DNA of 64,000 nt from Ministeria vibrans ATCC 50519 (GCA_943704425.1 CALSCP010000863.1:1-64000); one strand, 5' to 3'; shown: positions 13,343 through 30,574, numbered from the stretch's first letter. Numbers and translations: made by a program. Notes: generated by a model from the letters alone, not told the origin.

Positions 13343-15751
13343 ATGGCATCAGATATGAGTGTCGCAGCACCCACCTATCGCGCAGCAGACATGAATTTGC
13401 CATTGTCGACCGTGGAGGCATCCAGTCACACCGTCTCTGACTTGCTCGGTGACTTTTCATACAATCAGTCGCAGATTCATGCGGACATTCGCGCCCTGTG
13501 GCAGATCCTACGCGACGAGGTACGCTGTGCTGTGCTGTGCTGCATGTGGCCTCATTTTGTGCCGCGCCCCGTTTGCTCTCTTATCGTGTCTCAATTTTTC
13601 CCGTTGTTATCATCGCTCATATCCCCAACAAAAAAAAAAAAAAAAAGTCGCTTGTTTTCTCGGAAGTTGTGCCGTTCCTGACGCTTAGTTTGCCTCTTCC
13701 TGTAGCAATCGGCGCCTTGGATCCATTGGTGCAACGAAGGTCGATCCTTCTGTCTTGTGGATGACAGCGAGTTTGTCAAAGGGCGACTGCGCTTTTTCTT
13801 CAAGGTTGATTCCACGCCTCTCGGTCGCTTTTCCCCTCTCAACATTCTTCCACTTCACCTGTAGAAAGTCACCTTTCGCTCTTTCTTGCGAAAGTTTGTC
13901 AATCTTGGCTTTACCGAGTAAGATGCATTCTGGTTTGGGCCAACCCCCGCCCCGCCGCATGCCCCTCCCTGCACGCACTGAAATCCTCTCACTCTCACGC
14001 GCACCCCGCCTGGTTCACTTGTGTCAACCCGTTGGGCCCCATGGCTAGCCATAATCTTCCCGTTCCGCTCGTGTTTTTGTTTTGGAACTCAAATCCCGTG
14101 GACCCAAATACAAAATGCATTCCGTCACGCGCCAACACACCCTGAACCGCGTCTCCCATTGGCCCAACTCCCATCTACCTGAGCCGTGCATTTTGTTCTT
14201 TTATCGTTGTGGGCGACAAGACGTCTCTGCTTCGCACGCCGTCAGCGAAGGAGACGAGTCAGTTTCATTCTTTTTTTTTTTTTCAACCGCTCGCCTCAAC
14301 CGCGAGCGAGCCCGCTCTGGGGTCTGATTTGTTTCTTTGTTGCATCGTCTACTGCCATTGCTTGATATCAATGATGTGCTCCTTTCTGTGGAAATGCGTC
14401 CAGCATCATTGGGCACGAGCGGGAAACGGGCAAATTTATCTCACTCGGTTTGTTTATTTTTTGCGTTTTTCGTAGAAGTCTAATTCTCCCGACGCCAACA
14501 GATCCACGCGTTTGGTCTGTTCTCACGGTAAGCCAAGACCATGCAATAGTATGTGTGACTCCACTAGGCGTTCTCTCCGGCGGAATGGGTCGCCTCAGAG
14601 TAGTGGGAGTTGAACAAGTTGTGCTCAGATACAAAATTGCCATTGCGCTTTCTTTACAAGGCGCTCTTTACGAGCCTTCATTCCCTGTAATGAATGTGTT
14701 GCACATTGTCGACGCCCAGCTCGGGAGTTGGTCGTTTTTGTGCGCAAGAGCGAATTATTTCTTATGTTTGGTTTTGTGACGAATCACCAAACCAGTCGTG
14801 TTTCTGAACTGTCTGTCTACCCTACACCGTCTGTTGCTTGTTTTTGTCATTGGTTCACGTTTTGGTGTGTTGCGCGAAGAGAGTGACGGAGTGGGGAGTG
14901 ACTGAGAAAAAAAAATACAAATTCGCTTCGCTTTGCTTTGTACTTCTTGTGCGCGTGTCGTTGGACGCCGCGAAGAGAATACACGCGAAGAAGTACATCA
15001 CTACCTCCCACGCTCTCTTATCGGCTCTTGTGTTGTTTGTTTTCTGTAGCACGAGTGGTTTTGTCGTGACTCTCCCGAGTTGCTCTCACACATCTCTCCC
15101 ATTGGCGAAACGACGCTCTTACGCAAACGTAAACTTCTCATGAGGTGAGTCACAACGGGTTGTAGCGTTTCCTTTTTTTTCTTCTTTTGTTTCTCTTTCT
15201 CACTCCTCTCTCTTTGTCTCCTCTCTCTCTCCCTTTCTCTTTCTCTCTCTCTCCCTCTTTGTTCTTTCAATGGCTCTAGCAGCAACAGCCAAGATGAAGG
15301 GTATGGGCACGAGAAGCACGAGGGCAGCCACAGCAGCAACGACGACGACGAGCACACGCAAATGCATCAGTATCAACCACAACAACAACAACAACAGGTT
15401 TTCGCTGGCGCCGAGTATCGCTCCGTCCCCACGATGTATCGTGAGCCTGTCGCGCACACTGCTCACCACCCCTTCTCCGTCTACCCATCGCAACACACAC
15501 AGTCACAGCCACCACGGCCATCACGCCCCGGCCAAGTGCAGCACACTGCGTCAACCATTGCCCCTTCCACATCAACCGTGAGCATGGCACCAGCATCGAC
15601 TGTCGCCAGCGCCTACTCTCTCCCTCCTCCTCCCCCTGCAATGCTGGACTGGTTCCGATCCGCCCCTGCCCTTCCTTTCGACATCTCTCCTCTGCTCAAC
15701 GAGCACTGGCGTCTCATTCAGCTTCGCCAGGCGCGGCAATCCGGGCAATGA
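13343..15751 (+). CDS. Divergent HSF-type DNA-binding-domain protein (HSF-B), 6 exons, Q/H/P-rich C-terminus
   Basis: Spliced: ...DIRALWQILRDE|QSAPWIHWCNEGRSFCLVDDSEFVKGRLRFFFK|KVTFRSFLRKFVNLGFTE|SLILPTPTDPRVWSVLT|HEWFCRDSPELLSHI...; the last exon ends with ORF 15362-15751. Intron positions and phases match HSF-A. Confidence 0.83.
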
Positions 15752-15920
15752 GGAAACCAAACCAAAAGCTGTACAATAAAATATATTATTTTTCTCATTC
15801 ATTCAACAAACACAAAAGTGTTCCGCGTCAGACTGAAAAATATATTCAATGATAATTTTATAGACATTAATTATTTTCATAGGACATAGTTCACTCTTCT
15901 CCGTTGAATTGTTTATTGTT

Positions 15921-21649
<5,729 letters not shown>

Positions 21650-21691
21650 ACAAATTATAATGAATACAATATGCAAGCAAATAACTATTAA

Positions 21692-21774
21692 GTAGACACT
21701 TTGTCCATTGTAGGCGACTAAACCCAACGCGTAGGTAGACACTTTGTCAATAGGCGACTAAACCTAACGTGTAG
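21692..21774. repeat. Two-copy imperfect tandem repeat (~43/40 bp)
   Basis: gtagacactttgtccattgtaggcgactaaacccaacgcgtag is followed by gtagacactttgtcaataggcgactaaacctaacgtgtag. Confidence 0.85.
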
Positions 21775-21903
21775 CGGGGGTTTTAATATTGTGCTGTCCA
21801 TAGTCTTGTTTCACACACATACACACACACACACACACAAGTTTTGACATTGAGTTCAGCTCTCGATTGAGTCCATTCTTTCATCTTTTATTATTATTGT
21901 TCT

Positions 21904-23388
21904 ATGGAGATGCGCACCACGCTGGCACTTGTTGCTCTGGGCATCATTGCAGCGTGTACATGGGGCGTGGACGCGCGCACGGTGTCGTACGACTCGCGAT
22001 CGATGCTTTTCGATGGCCAACGACAGCTTCTTCTGTCGGGCAGCCTGCACTACGAGCGCATTGATCCAAGTACGCTGATGTGCTGCTGAGTGAGTGTCGA
22101 GCTGCTCGTGCTCTCCCCCGCCCCTTGTCGTGGCCGCTTCTCTTTTGCGGTTTTCTTTCTCGAGATTCAACTCACTCTCGATTGATTTTTGCATGATTAT
22201 TGACAGATGACTACGATCGCGTCCTATCGTACGCCGTGGCCCTTGGCCTGAACACGATTGAGACGTATGTCTTCTGGGACGTGCACATGCCCTCGCAGGA
22301 GAACGCTACCTTCTCAGGATTCACTCTGGGCGGCGGGGGAGGCTGGGCCGACCTGAGCGACTTTGTGCGTCGCGTTGCAGCGCACAAACTGAATCTTGTG
22401 GTGCGCATTGGGCCGTACGTCTGCGCAGAGGTACCCACCCACCATTTTGCACCACCCACAACACCACGCGTGTGTGTGAATGAGCCTCGCGTAGCATTAC
22501 TATGGCGGAATTCCGCTGTGGATGCGCCACAGCGGCGCCCAGTGCTACCGCTGCGCCGATCCCGTGTTCGAGCGCGAAATGGAACGCTTCGTGACGCTCG
22601 TCGTCAACGAGATTCGTCCCCAGCTTGCCTCCAACGGAGGCCCTGTCATCATGCTTCAGATTGAGGTACGAGCGCAGGAAAGACACACCCAAAACAAAAA
22701 CAAACACTGTCAAATCTTAGAACGAATTCAATGGCGATCAAAAATACCTTACTTGGGCAGTACACATGGCGCGCAATCTGACAACGGACGTTCCTTGGAA
22801 CCTTTGTCATGACGTATAACCAGAAAAAGCTCATGAAGAATAACTTATAATTTGTGCGTTCAGGTGAAGCTCTGTGGTGCAATCAACAATGGCCAACAAC
22901 TCGCCCTGTGCACAATCAACGGGTACCGACTTTACACTGCCTCAACTCGTCACACTCAATTATCGTATTTTAATACTATGCAGTTTCTGGGAGGAGCGAC
23001 GCGACTTCCAGAACCAGCCTTCGCCAGGATGGATTGAGAAGCAGCGCTCACTCAACCCCGAACAGCCCCTCTACTGGACCGAAGACCAAGGCTGGTTCGA
23101 CCAATGGTACGCTTAGTCTACTCACTTAAGTGAGACGTGTACTATTTAACTCCCACACACACACACACACACAAACGCACCTCATTTAGGGGTCTTGCGA
23201 TGCGCGTGCGCGATCCCACCGACACTATTTTCGGCGTCGCTCGTTGGATTTCGCGCGGTGGCAGTGCTCACAACTTCTACATGCTCTCCGGTGGCTCCAA
23301 CTTTGGTCGGTCAGCCGGTGGTGAGGTCATCACAGCCTACGCTCCCGTACACTCTAAGCACACTAAGGACGTTCACACACACACACAC

Positions 23389-23446
<58 letters not shown>

Positions 23447-23551
23447 CGTTCTTTCACTTTCTCTCTTTCTCTCTCTCTCTCTCTCAATTTTTTTCTGTTC
23501 AGGACACTGTGATTGACTATCTGCTTCTCCCACACCAACCCAACTTTGACT
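21904..23551 (+). CDS. Secreted/lysosomal GH35 beta-galactosidase, 5' part (cut by an N gap)
   Basis: Signal peptide, then VSYDSRSMLFDGQRQLLLSGSLHYER, GLNTIETYVFWDVH, VRIGPYVCAE|HYYGGIPLW, ASNGGPVIMLQIE|NEF (acid/base Glu), YWTEDQGWFDQW (nucleophile) and NFYMLSGGSNFGR. Confidence 0.92.
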
Positions 23552-23638
23552 NNNNNNNNACCAAGCGACAGAGAATAAGACGTGATAGAAAATAAATTCA
23601 ACAAAGATAGAAAACAAAGAAATAGAAAGAGAAGACGT

Positions 23639-24172
23639 TTAAGAGGTCATCTTAGCCTGCGTCGTGGCCAAGCGGCAAGGCTAGTTGTGCCTCACCGTGT
23701 TCATGCGCTCTTGAAGTTCGCTGGGAGACACAGCCGCCGCGCACTCTACCAAACACACACCATGTCATTCACAGGACGCCGCCACAACACGCCTCGTGCC
23801 CTCTCTCTCTCTCTCTCTCTTACCCATATCGCTCGACTCGTCGTAGGCAAACGGCGTTTTGGGCTCCTCAATCTGTGCGACAAAACCCTCATTGAAAACC
23901 CGTCTTTGTCCTTCAGACGTTCCTCAAACCTTCATTGTGCCGTATTCCTTGCCGGCCATTGCCTCATGTTCAAGGATATTCATCTCGTCCCAAGCCACCT
24001 CGCCATTCATCGTCTTTGCGGCGCACCTGGCACGACAAGAACACGACACGTTCGCGATGCGTCCGTCAACCCCACACCCAACAACGTACGGCGAAATTTC
24101 TTCCTTGTTCTTCAATATGCCCTTTGTTGGCACAGTACTCAATGGCGGGGGTGCGTAGCTAGCTTCGTTCAT
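23639..24172 (-). CDS. Protein phosphatase 1 inhibitor-2 (PPP1R2/Glc8)-like, short form
   Basis: KGILKN (SILK motif), VAWDEMNILE and YGTMK|IEEPKTPF (conserved phospho-Thr PxTP). The predicted last exon AKMTS* ends at 23639; 3' splicing is less certain. Confidence 0.8.
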
Positions 24173-24313
24173 TTTCTTCTCAAATTTTTATGATTAATTT
24201 TAAAATATACTACTTATTGTTCTTTTTTCGATCAAAATTGGAGTTCACTCCACTGCACTGATCAGTGATCACTCATTCGCCCATTCTTATCTTTGCAAGG
24301 TCCCTTCTTTAGC

Positions 24314-25886
24314 ATGTCACGAAAGCGATCACGCGTGGCGGGAGATGAAAATGTCGTTGTCGACGCTGCAATCGCCAAAGGCGGCGCCAGTGCCGTACGT
24401 CCAAACACTGTCCAAACTTTCTCTCTCAATCGCTTACCCCCACGCCCCCACCGGCTCCTTTCTGCCTTTGTTGTAGCTGCACCTCTCCTCACTCGATCGT
24501 CTTTTGTCCCCTGCGACCCGTGAGCTGGCCGAGTTTGCCTTCACCTCGTTGGATGAGAATGGCGATGGAACTCTGACCGTCGACGACTTCCTGCTTCGCG
24601 CTCGCATCACACAGGAGGCGGGAGCAGGCGATGCGAGTGCCACGGAACAGGTGCTCTGGTTGCGTATCGTGGCGCTGTTCGACTCGTACGATCACGACCA
24701 GCAGATTTCACCGGGCGAGTTTCTCGCAGGACTCCTTATCATCGCTCTCTCGCGCCCTCTACCGCCAGCCACCCTCATTGCCTGCCAGGATTTCTCCAGT
24801 GTCCTTGCACTCCTCTCGCACGAAGTTAACTTGGCGGCGTTTGAGACGATCGTCTCGCTGCTTGTCGAGGCGCGCTTGCCCCTCACAGACGACAAAATCG
24901 CCGAGTTTCAACGTGTCCGCAACACCGAGGGCCGTGCCACACCAGCCACTCTTTGTCGCTCCCTCTTTCTCGTAAGCATGCCACGCACCTGTGTTGTCCT
25001 CGCCAACTGTTTGCCTTTCTCTCTCCCAGTGGCTCTCCGCGCGCGAGACCAAGACCATCGAGCGAACCTATCGTACTCTGGACGCGAGTATGTCTGTCGC
25101 GTTGTGTGTTGTAAAGTTGCTGACTTGACATTTACATGGTTACGTAGATGGCGACGGTGTTGTGACATGCGTTGACTTTCAACAGAATCAGCAAATCTTT
25201 TGGCAGAAGATGGTGTCCTTTTTTGACAACTTTGACCAGAATCAGGTACACCTGCGTCTCTGTCATACGCTCGTCTGATTACCTCACGTTTGCACAGGTG
25301 ATTACCCTGGATGAGTTTGAGCAAGGACTGCTGTCACTGGTGCTGGCGGGCGGGCCGCCTGCGCTGGACCGGGTGCCGGCGACGCTCTGCGATCTGTGTG
25401 GGCTGTGTATGCAGCATGTGCAGGAGCGCGTCACTGCCGAGGCCGACTTGGTTCTCATTGAGTCGGGCCAGCTTGCTGCAATGGACCTCGACATGATTCT
25501 CATCGGTCTGCAAATGCTTGACCCGTCCACTAACGCGTACATTCACAGTGCGTATGCCGCACTCGACGCTAACGGCGACAATGTGCTCTCCCGCGAGGAC
25601 TTCACCTCCTTCTCCGGTGGTCGTCTTTTCCAAAAGATGATTGCCATCTTTGACTCGGGTGCTGGCGCAACACCCGACGGGTAAGATGCTCTCTTTCACT
25701 CTCTCTCTCTCTCTCTATCACTTTGTTTCCTTCTCCCTCCATTCTCTCTCTCTCTATCACTTTGTTTCTATATAATTATATATATATAATTATATATATC
25801 AGTTGTATCTTTCTCTTCTCTACACTTTGTATTTTTCTCACAATATGTCTGCACTTTGCCTTGTCTTATTTTCATTCATTCACCCC

Positions 25887-25985
<99 letters not shown>

Positions 25986-26176
25986 TCTGCATTAGACGCA
26001 TTACGTATGACGAGTTTCGAGCGGGCTTTGTCGGCCTGGCACTGCGCGACGATGCCGAGTCTGTCGGAGAACACCGCACTGTGGGTGGGTCACTTGCGCT
26101 CATTCGCACTCGAATCAACACCATTGTCATGAAGCAAATCGAGGAGCTTCTGCGCGAGGCCGGAAAATTGTCATGA
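24314..26176 (+). CDS. EF-hand calcium-binding protein with three internal repeats (six EF-hand-like loops)
   Basis: Loop pairs DENGDGTLTVDDF / DSYDHDQQISPGEF, DANGDGVVTCVDF / DNFDQNQVITLDEF and DANGDNVLSREDF / DSGAGATPDGRITYDEF. Basic N-terminus MSRKRSR; GT-AG introns. Confidence 0.8.
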
Positions 26177-26358
26177 GTAAAGAAAGCACATCATATATAT
26201 GCGAACGCGGAAAGCATTCACCTCATCACCTGCTACACCACTCGACGCGCAACAAGGACTTTGTTGAGTTCAAGAAATACGCCGCCGCCGTGGGCAATAT
26301 GCAATTGATCATTGACTTGAACGTCTAACTAAAAAATTTAAAATAATTTACCATCATA

Positions 26359-27206
26359 ATGACTGATCGTAGCCGTAGACTAGATGATGACGACGACTGG
26401 CGACGACGGGTGCTCGAACGTACCCAAGAAAGAGACGTCATGGTCAAGCTGATTCACGTCGAAGGACTCGCCAACACTCACGAGACCCTTGTACGCCTTT
26501 TGATGTCCCCTCGCTTCGTTTCTTTCGCTTCTTGCCCCTCTCTTCTTCCCCGACCCTGCCCACTCCTCCCGTGTTCTCCTCACGCTGAAGTTGTTTTGTG
26601 GCGATTCTTTCCTCGTTCTTGTGCCACAGATCAAAGAGGTTGTCGTCAACGTACTCGGCACGAAACCCTACGCCGATGTGTACAGCGACGCCATCAACGC
26701 CGCCTCTCGTCTTCGCGAGCTTGGCATTGCCGAAAGGTACGTGTAGGCTCAGCAGCGACACCTCGAGTTGGCCTTCCCTGGCTCTCTACGCATGCGTTGC
26801 AATTGCAATGCGATCGTCCCTCACCCATCCCCACTCACTCTCGTAGTGTGAATGTCCACTTTAAGGTTCCCGACGTGGGCACAAGCGGAAAATACCCGGA
26901 AGTAGAGGTATGTGCATTGGCTATCTGTGGGACGGGGGCGTCGCAACTCACGCTTGCGCCTCGTAGGTGCGACTGGTCGTGCAAGAGGCAAAACGGTTTC
27001 AGGGGAGCACTGGCGGCGACGTTGGACGCAACGAAATGGGTGCCAAGGCTCAACTGCGAGTCTTCAATGTGCTAGGACGTGGCGAAGCGTTTGAATTCAA
27101 ATCGCGCAAGACGACCCGTGCCACTTCAGCTTTTGATGCACAATTCAGGTACACAACCCTAATGTTTCTTCTGATGATCCCATCACACACACACACACAC
27201 ACACAC

Positions 27207-27238
<32 letters not shown>

Positions 27239-27642
27239 ACACACACACACACACACACACATACACACACACACTCACCTACAAAGACACACACGTACAC
27301 AAGCACACACTCTCTGTCACTTTGTTTTTTCTCCCTCTTTTTTCTCCCTCCTTTCTCTGTTTCTTATATGTTTTATTTTTTCCTCTTTTTTTCCCCTGTA
27401 GTATTCCTGTGGATGCGCACCCAGGCAAGCGCATGGCTGTATCAGTGGAGCAGACGACAGAGAACCTGCAGCGCTGCTCGCAGCACGACCGCACCGCACG
27501 CACTGCTGCGCTGCGCTACACCTTCCCCGCCGCACATAGAGGCGTTCACAGTGTCAGTCTGGCAGCCGCCTGGCGGGAAATCACAAATATCCCGACCACA
27601 GCTGCGTTTCGCATCCGCCACGAAGCCGGCCATTCACTCAAG
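26359..27642 (+). CDS. SAMM50: Sorting and assembly machinery component 50 (Omp85 family), 5' half only: POTRA domain and the start of the barrel
   Basis: RDVMVKLIHVEGLANTHETL|IKEVV...ASRLRELGIAESVNVHF...VQEAKRFQGSTGGDVGRNE...FNVLGRGE...AWREITNIPTTAAFRIRHEAGHSLK parallels SAMM50 (VQHVHFDGLGRT; LLRLGIF; NLLGRAE; WREL...ASFAVRKESGHSLK). The C-terminal barrel is absent from the window. Confidence 0.88.
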
Positions 27643-27692
27643 GTATTTTTTCTACTTCACATCACATTATCTTTTCTTTCGTCCCTCTGATA

Positions 27693-27776
<84 letters not shown>

Positions 27777-27832
27777 CGTTCTTTCACTTTCTCTCTTTCT
27801 CTCTCTCTCTCTCTCAATTTTTTTCTGTTCAG

Positions 27833-29668
27833 GACACTGTGATTGACTATCTGCTTCTCCCACACCAACCCAACTTTGACTTCTTTCGGCGTTTCTTCCA
27901 TGTGCTTCAGCAGGTTGCGCCCGCTCTGCTTGCCTCCAAGTCCATCCCTTCTCCCTCCCCTCTGCCCAACAAGCCCGTCTCCAACGAGGGTACTGTGGTG
28001 CTCAGTGCCTCGTCTCCCTCTCGCTTTGTCTTTGAATCCCCATCGATGCTGCTCCGCGACTCTCACTCTGGCTGCTGCGTTGCTCTGCCTGCCAGTGACA
28101 CCGCTCAGTCTCCTGTGCGCTGTCTCCCCTGCGACGCGTCCTCGCCCGCCCAGCAGTGGCGCTACAATGACACGTCGCAACACGTCGAGACTGTTCACAC
28201 CTTCTTTTCATGTCTCAAACCAGACTCCCCTAAGCACGCGCAGTGCCGTCGCTGTCTCGACGTCTCCACCGACGCCCTCATTGTGTTTGACTGCAAGTCT
28301 CCTTCAGACCCGATGCTAGAAAACCAGCGCTTTCATGTCGACGCGTCCACAATCTGCTCAATCAAGTACACCAATCAGTGTCTCGCCACGGCACCCCCTA
28401 CGCCCACAAACCTTACCGAAGCCGTTGAGTACAACGGTCAGGTGGCATTTCTCGTCAATTACGACGTGCACATGTCCATTGTGGCCTCTTACCGCAACAC
28501 CGAGTACCCCATGCGATACCATTCGCTGCTCATCGTCGACGTAGCGACGGGCGTAGTGCTGTTTAACACCAGTGACATGAGCACCTCAGCTGCACGCGAG
28601 CACACTAGTACCGCTGCTCGCGCGTCCCCCGACGCATGGGAGCACTTTGAAGAGGATATTGTCGCGTGCGGATCAAAGTCGGTTGTGTCGGAGAATGGCC
28701 CTCAGGAGCAACTGACCCTCACCGACAATCTGTCCGACTACCTCATGTACTCGACGAACGTAACGGACGCCGAACTTGGCTCTGCTCCGCATGTAACTGT
28801 GCCTGGTGCATACACTGGTCAGATGCTCTATGTATTTATCGACGGTGCGTTTGTGGGCAACCTCTCGACGATGAGTGCCGTGCACTATGGCGCACAGGGA
28901 GTCGCATGGCGACACTCAAGCAGCGCGTCCGCCGCGACGCACACGCTGGGTGTGTACGTCGCCGCCATGGGCGTGAAGAACACAGGGGTTGCACCGACTC
29001 AGGGCAAAGGCATTAGCGGACAGGTGTTGCTCAATGGTAAGAACATTGCCGAGGACCGCGCCTGGCGCATGGCGTGGTTCAACCGGGGCGAAACACAGAA
29101 GATTTACACGAGTGCCGGCACGACCACCGTTGCCTGGCAACCGGCCTCGGCCGTTCCTCGTGCGCGCCCCCTTACCTGGTATCGTGCTCGTCTTGACCGT
29201 CCCGTTCACAAGGACACCCCAGACCTTGCCTATGCTCTCTCCATCACCCGCATGTTCAAGGGTACCGCATATGTCAATGGCTTCAACATTGGTCGCTACT
29301 TCCAGACCCCGTGTAAGACCTCATACACGCAATTCATGAGCTATCCTCACTCTGCTTTGGGGGGTGTTTTTTTTTCTCTCTCGCTTTGTTTTTTTCTCCT
29401 CTCTCTCTATCACTTTCTCTCTCTCTATCACTTTGTTTCTCTCTCTATCACTTACTTTCTTTCTCTATCACTTTCTCTTTCTATCACTTTGTTTTCTCTC
29501 TCTCACTTTGTTTTCTCTCTCTCACTTTGTTTCTCTCTCTCACTTTGTTTCTCTCTCTCACTTTGTTTCTCTCTCTCACTTTGTTTCTCTCTCTCACTTT
29601 GTTTCTCTGTCTCACTTTGTTTCTCTCTCTCACTTTGTTTCTCTCTCTCACTTTGTTTCTCTCTCTCA

Positions 29669-29706
<38 letters not shown>

Positions 29707-29806
29707 TTCTCTCTCTNNNNNNNNNNNNNNNNNNNNNNNNNNNNNNNNNNNNNNNNNNNNNNNNNNNNNNNNNNNNNNNNNNNNNNNNNNNNNNNNNNNN
29801 NNNNNN

Positions 29807-29899
<93 letters not shown>

Positions 29900-30313
29900 G
29901 CAACGTGTTCGGGCGGACCCAACGGCTGTGCCATGACCAAACCAGGTCTGCAGGGCCCCGTGTGCAAGCTGTTTTGGCGCAAGGACTCGTGTGGTGTTCC
30001 CGTGCAGCATCTCTACCATATTCCGTCATCAATGAGTACGACGTCACACTCAAGTTGTATAGTCACTAATTTGTTATTATTTCAAGTCTCTACTCCTTTC
30101 TTTTTTTCTTTTCCCTATCTCACTTGTTTCTTTTTTCTCATAACTCTCACCTTGCTGTTTTTCTTTTCTCCTTTTTTTTTCTTTTGGGTTTCTCTTCTCT
30201 CTACAGTCTATGATAAGGACAATCTGGTAGTTTTATTTGAAGAGTCGGGGGAACAAGTGGTGGCCTCTGGTGTGACCCTGGTCGCACTCACAGCACATCC
30301 CACTCTCGATTAA
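27833..30313 (+). CDS. GH35 beta-galactosidase, 3' part (ricin-B-like insert plus galactose-binding beta domains)
   Basis: Begins with the same exon (DTVIDYLLLPHQPNF) that is cut at 23551. Later motifs: EQLTLTDNLSDYLMYST, PLTWYRA, MFKGTAYVNGFNIGRYF, CGVPVQHLYHIP and NLVVLFEESG. Confidence 0.88.
29521..29665 (+). repeat. Intronic 18-bp minisatellite (CTCACTTTGTTTCTCTCT, ~8 copies)
   Basis: Read directly from the sequence; related units occur in introns near 6061-6200, 9150-9195, 25715-25770 and 47185-47300. Confidence 0.9.
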
Positions 30314-30478
30314 CCCTTGTTTTGTACCGAAATATACTGAAACCTCAAACTTTTTTTTTCACTTTACCACTCATTCACATTCAAAAAGGTTCAACTCTCG
30401 TCCTATTTCTCTATTCCTCCCACTTTATTATTTCTCCCCCCTCCTCTCTCTCACTCTATCACTATCACTTTGTTTCTT

Positions 30479-30574
<96 letters not shown>

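Noticed and set aside
21692-21774. Possible CRISPR array
   Set aside because: Only two adjacent copies, no spacers, no cas genes, and a eukaryotic context.
27368-30313. 981-aa ORF as a single protein
   Set aside because: It reads through introns, microsatellites and an N gap. Only the exons from 27833 onward are GH35; the preceding part overlaps a SAM50 exon in another frame.
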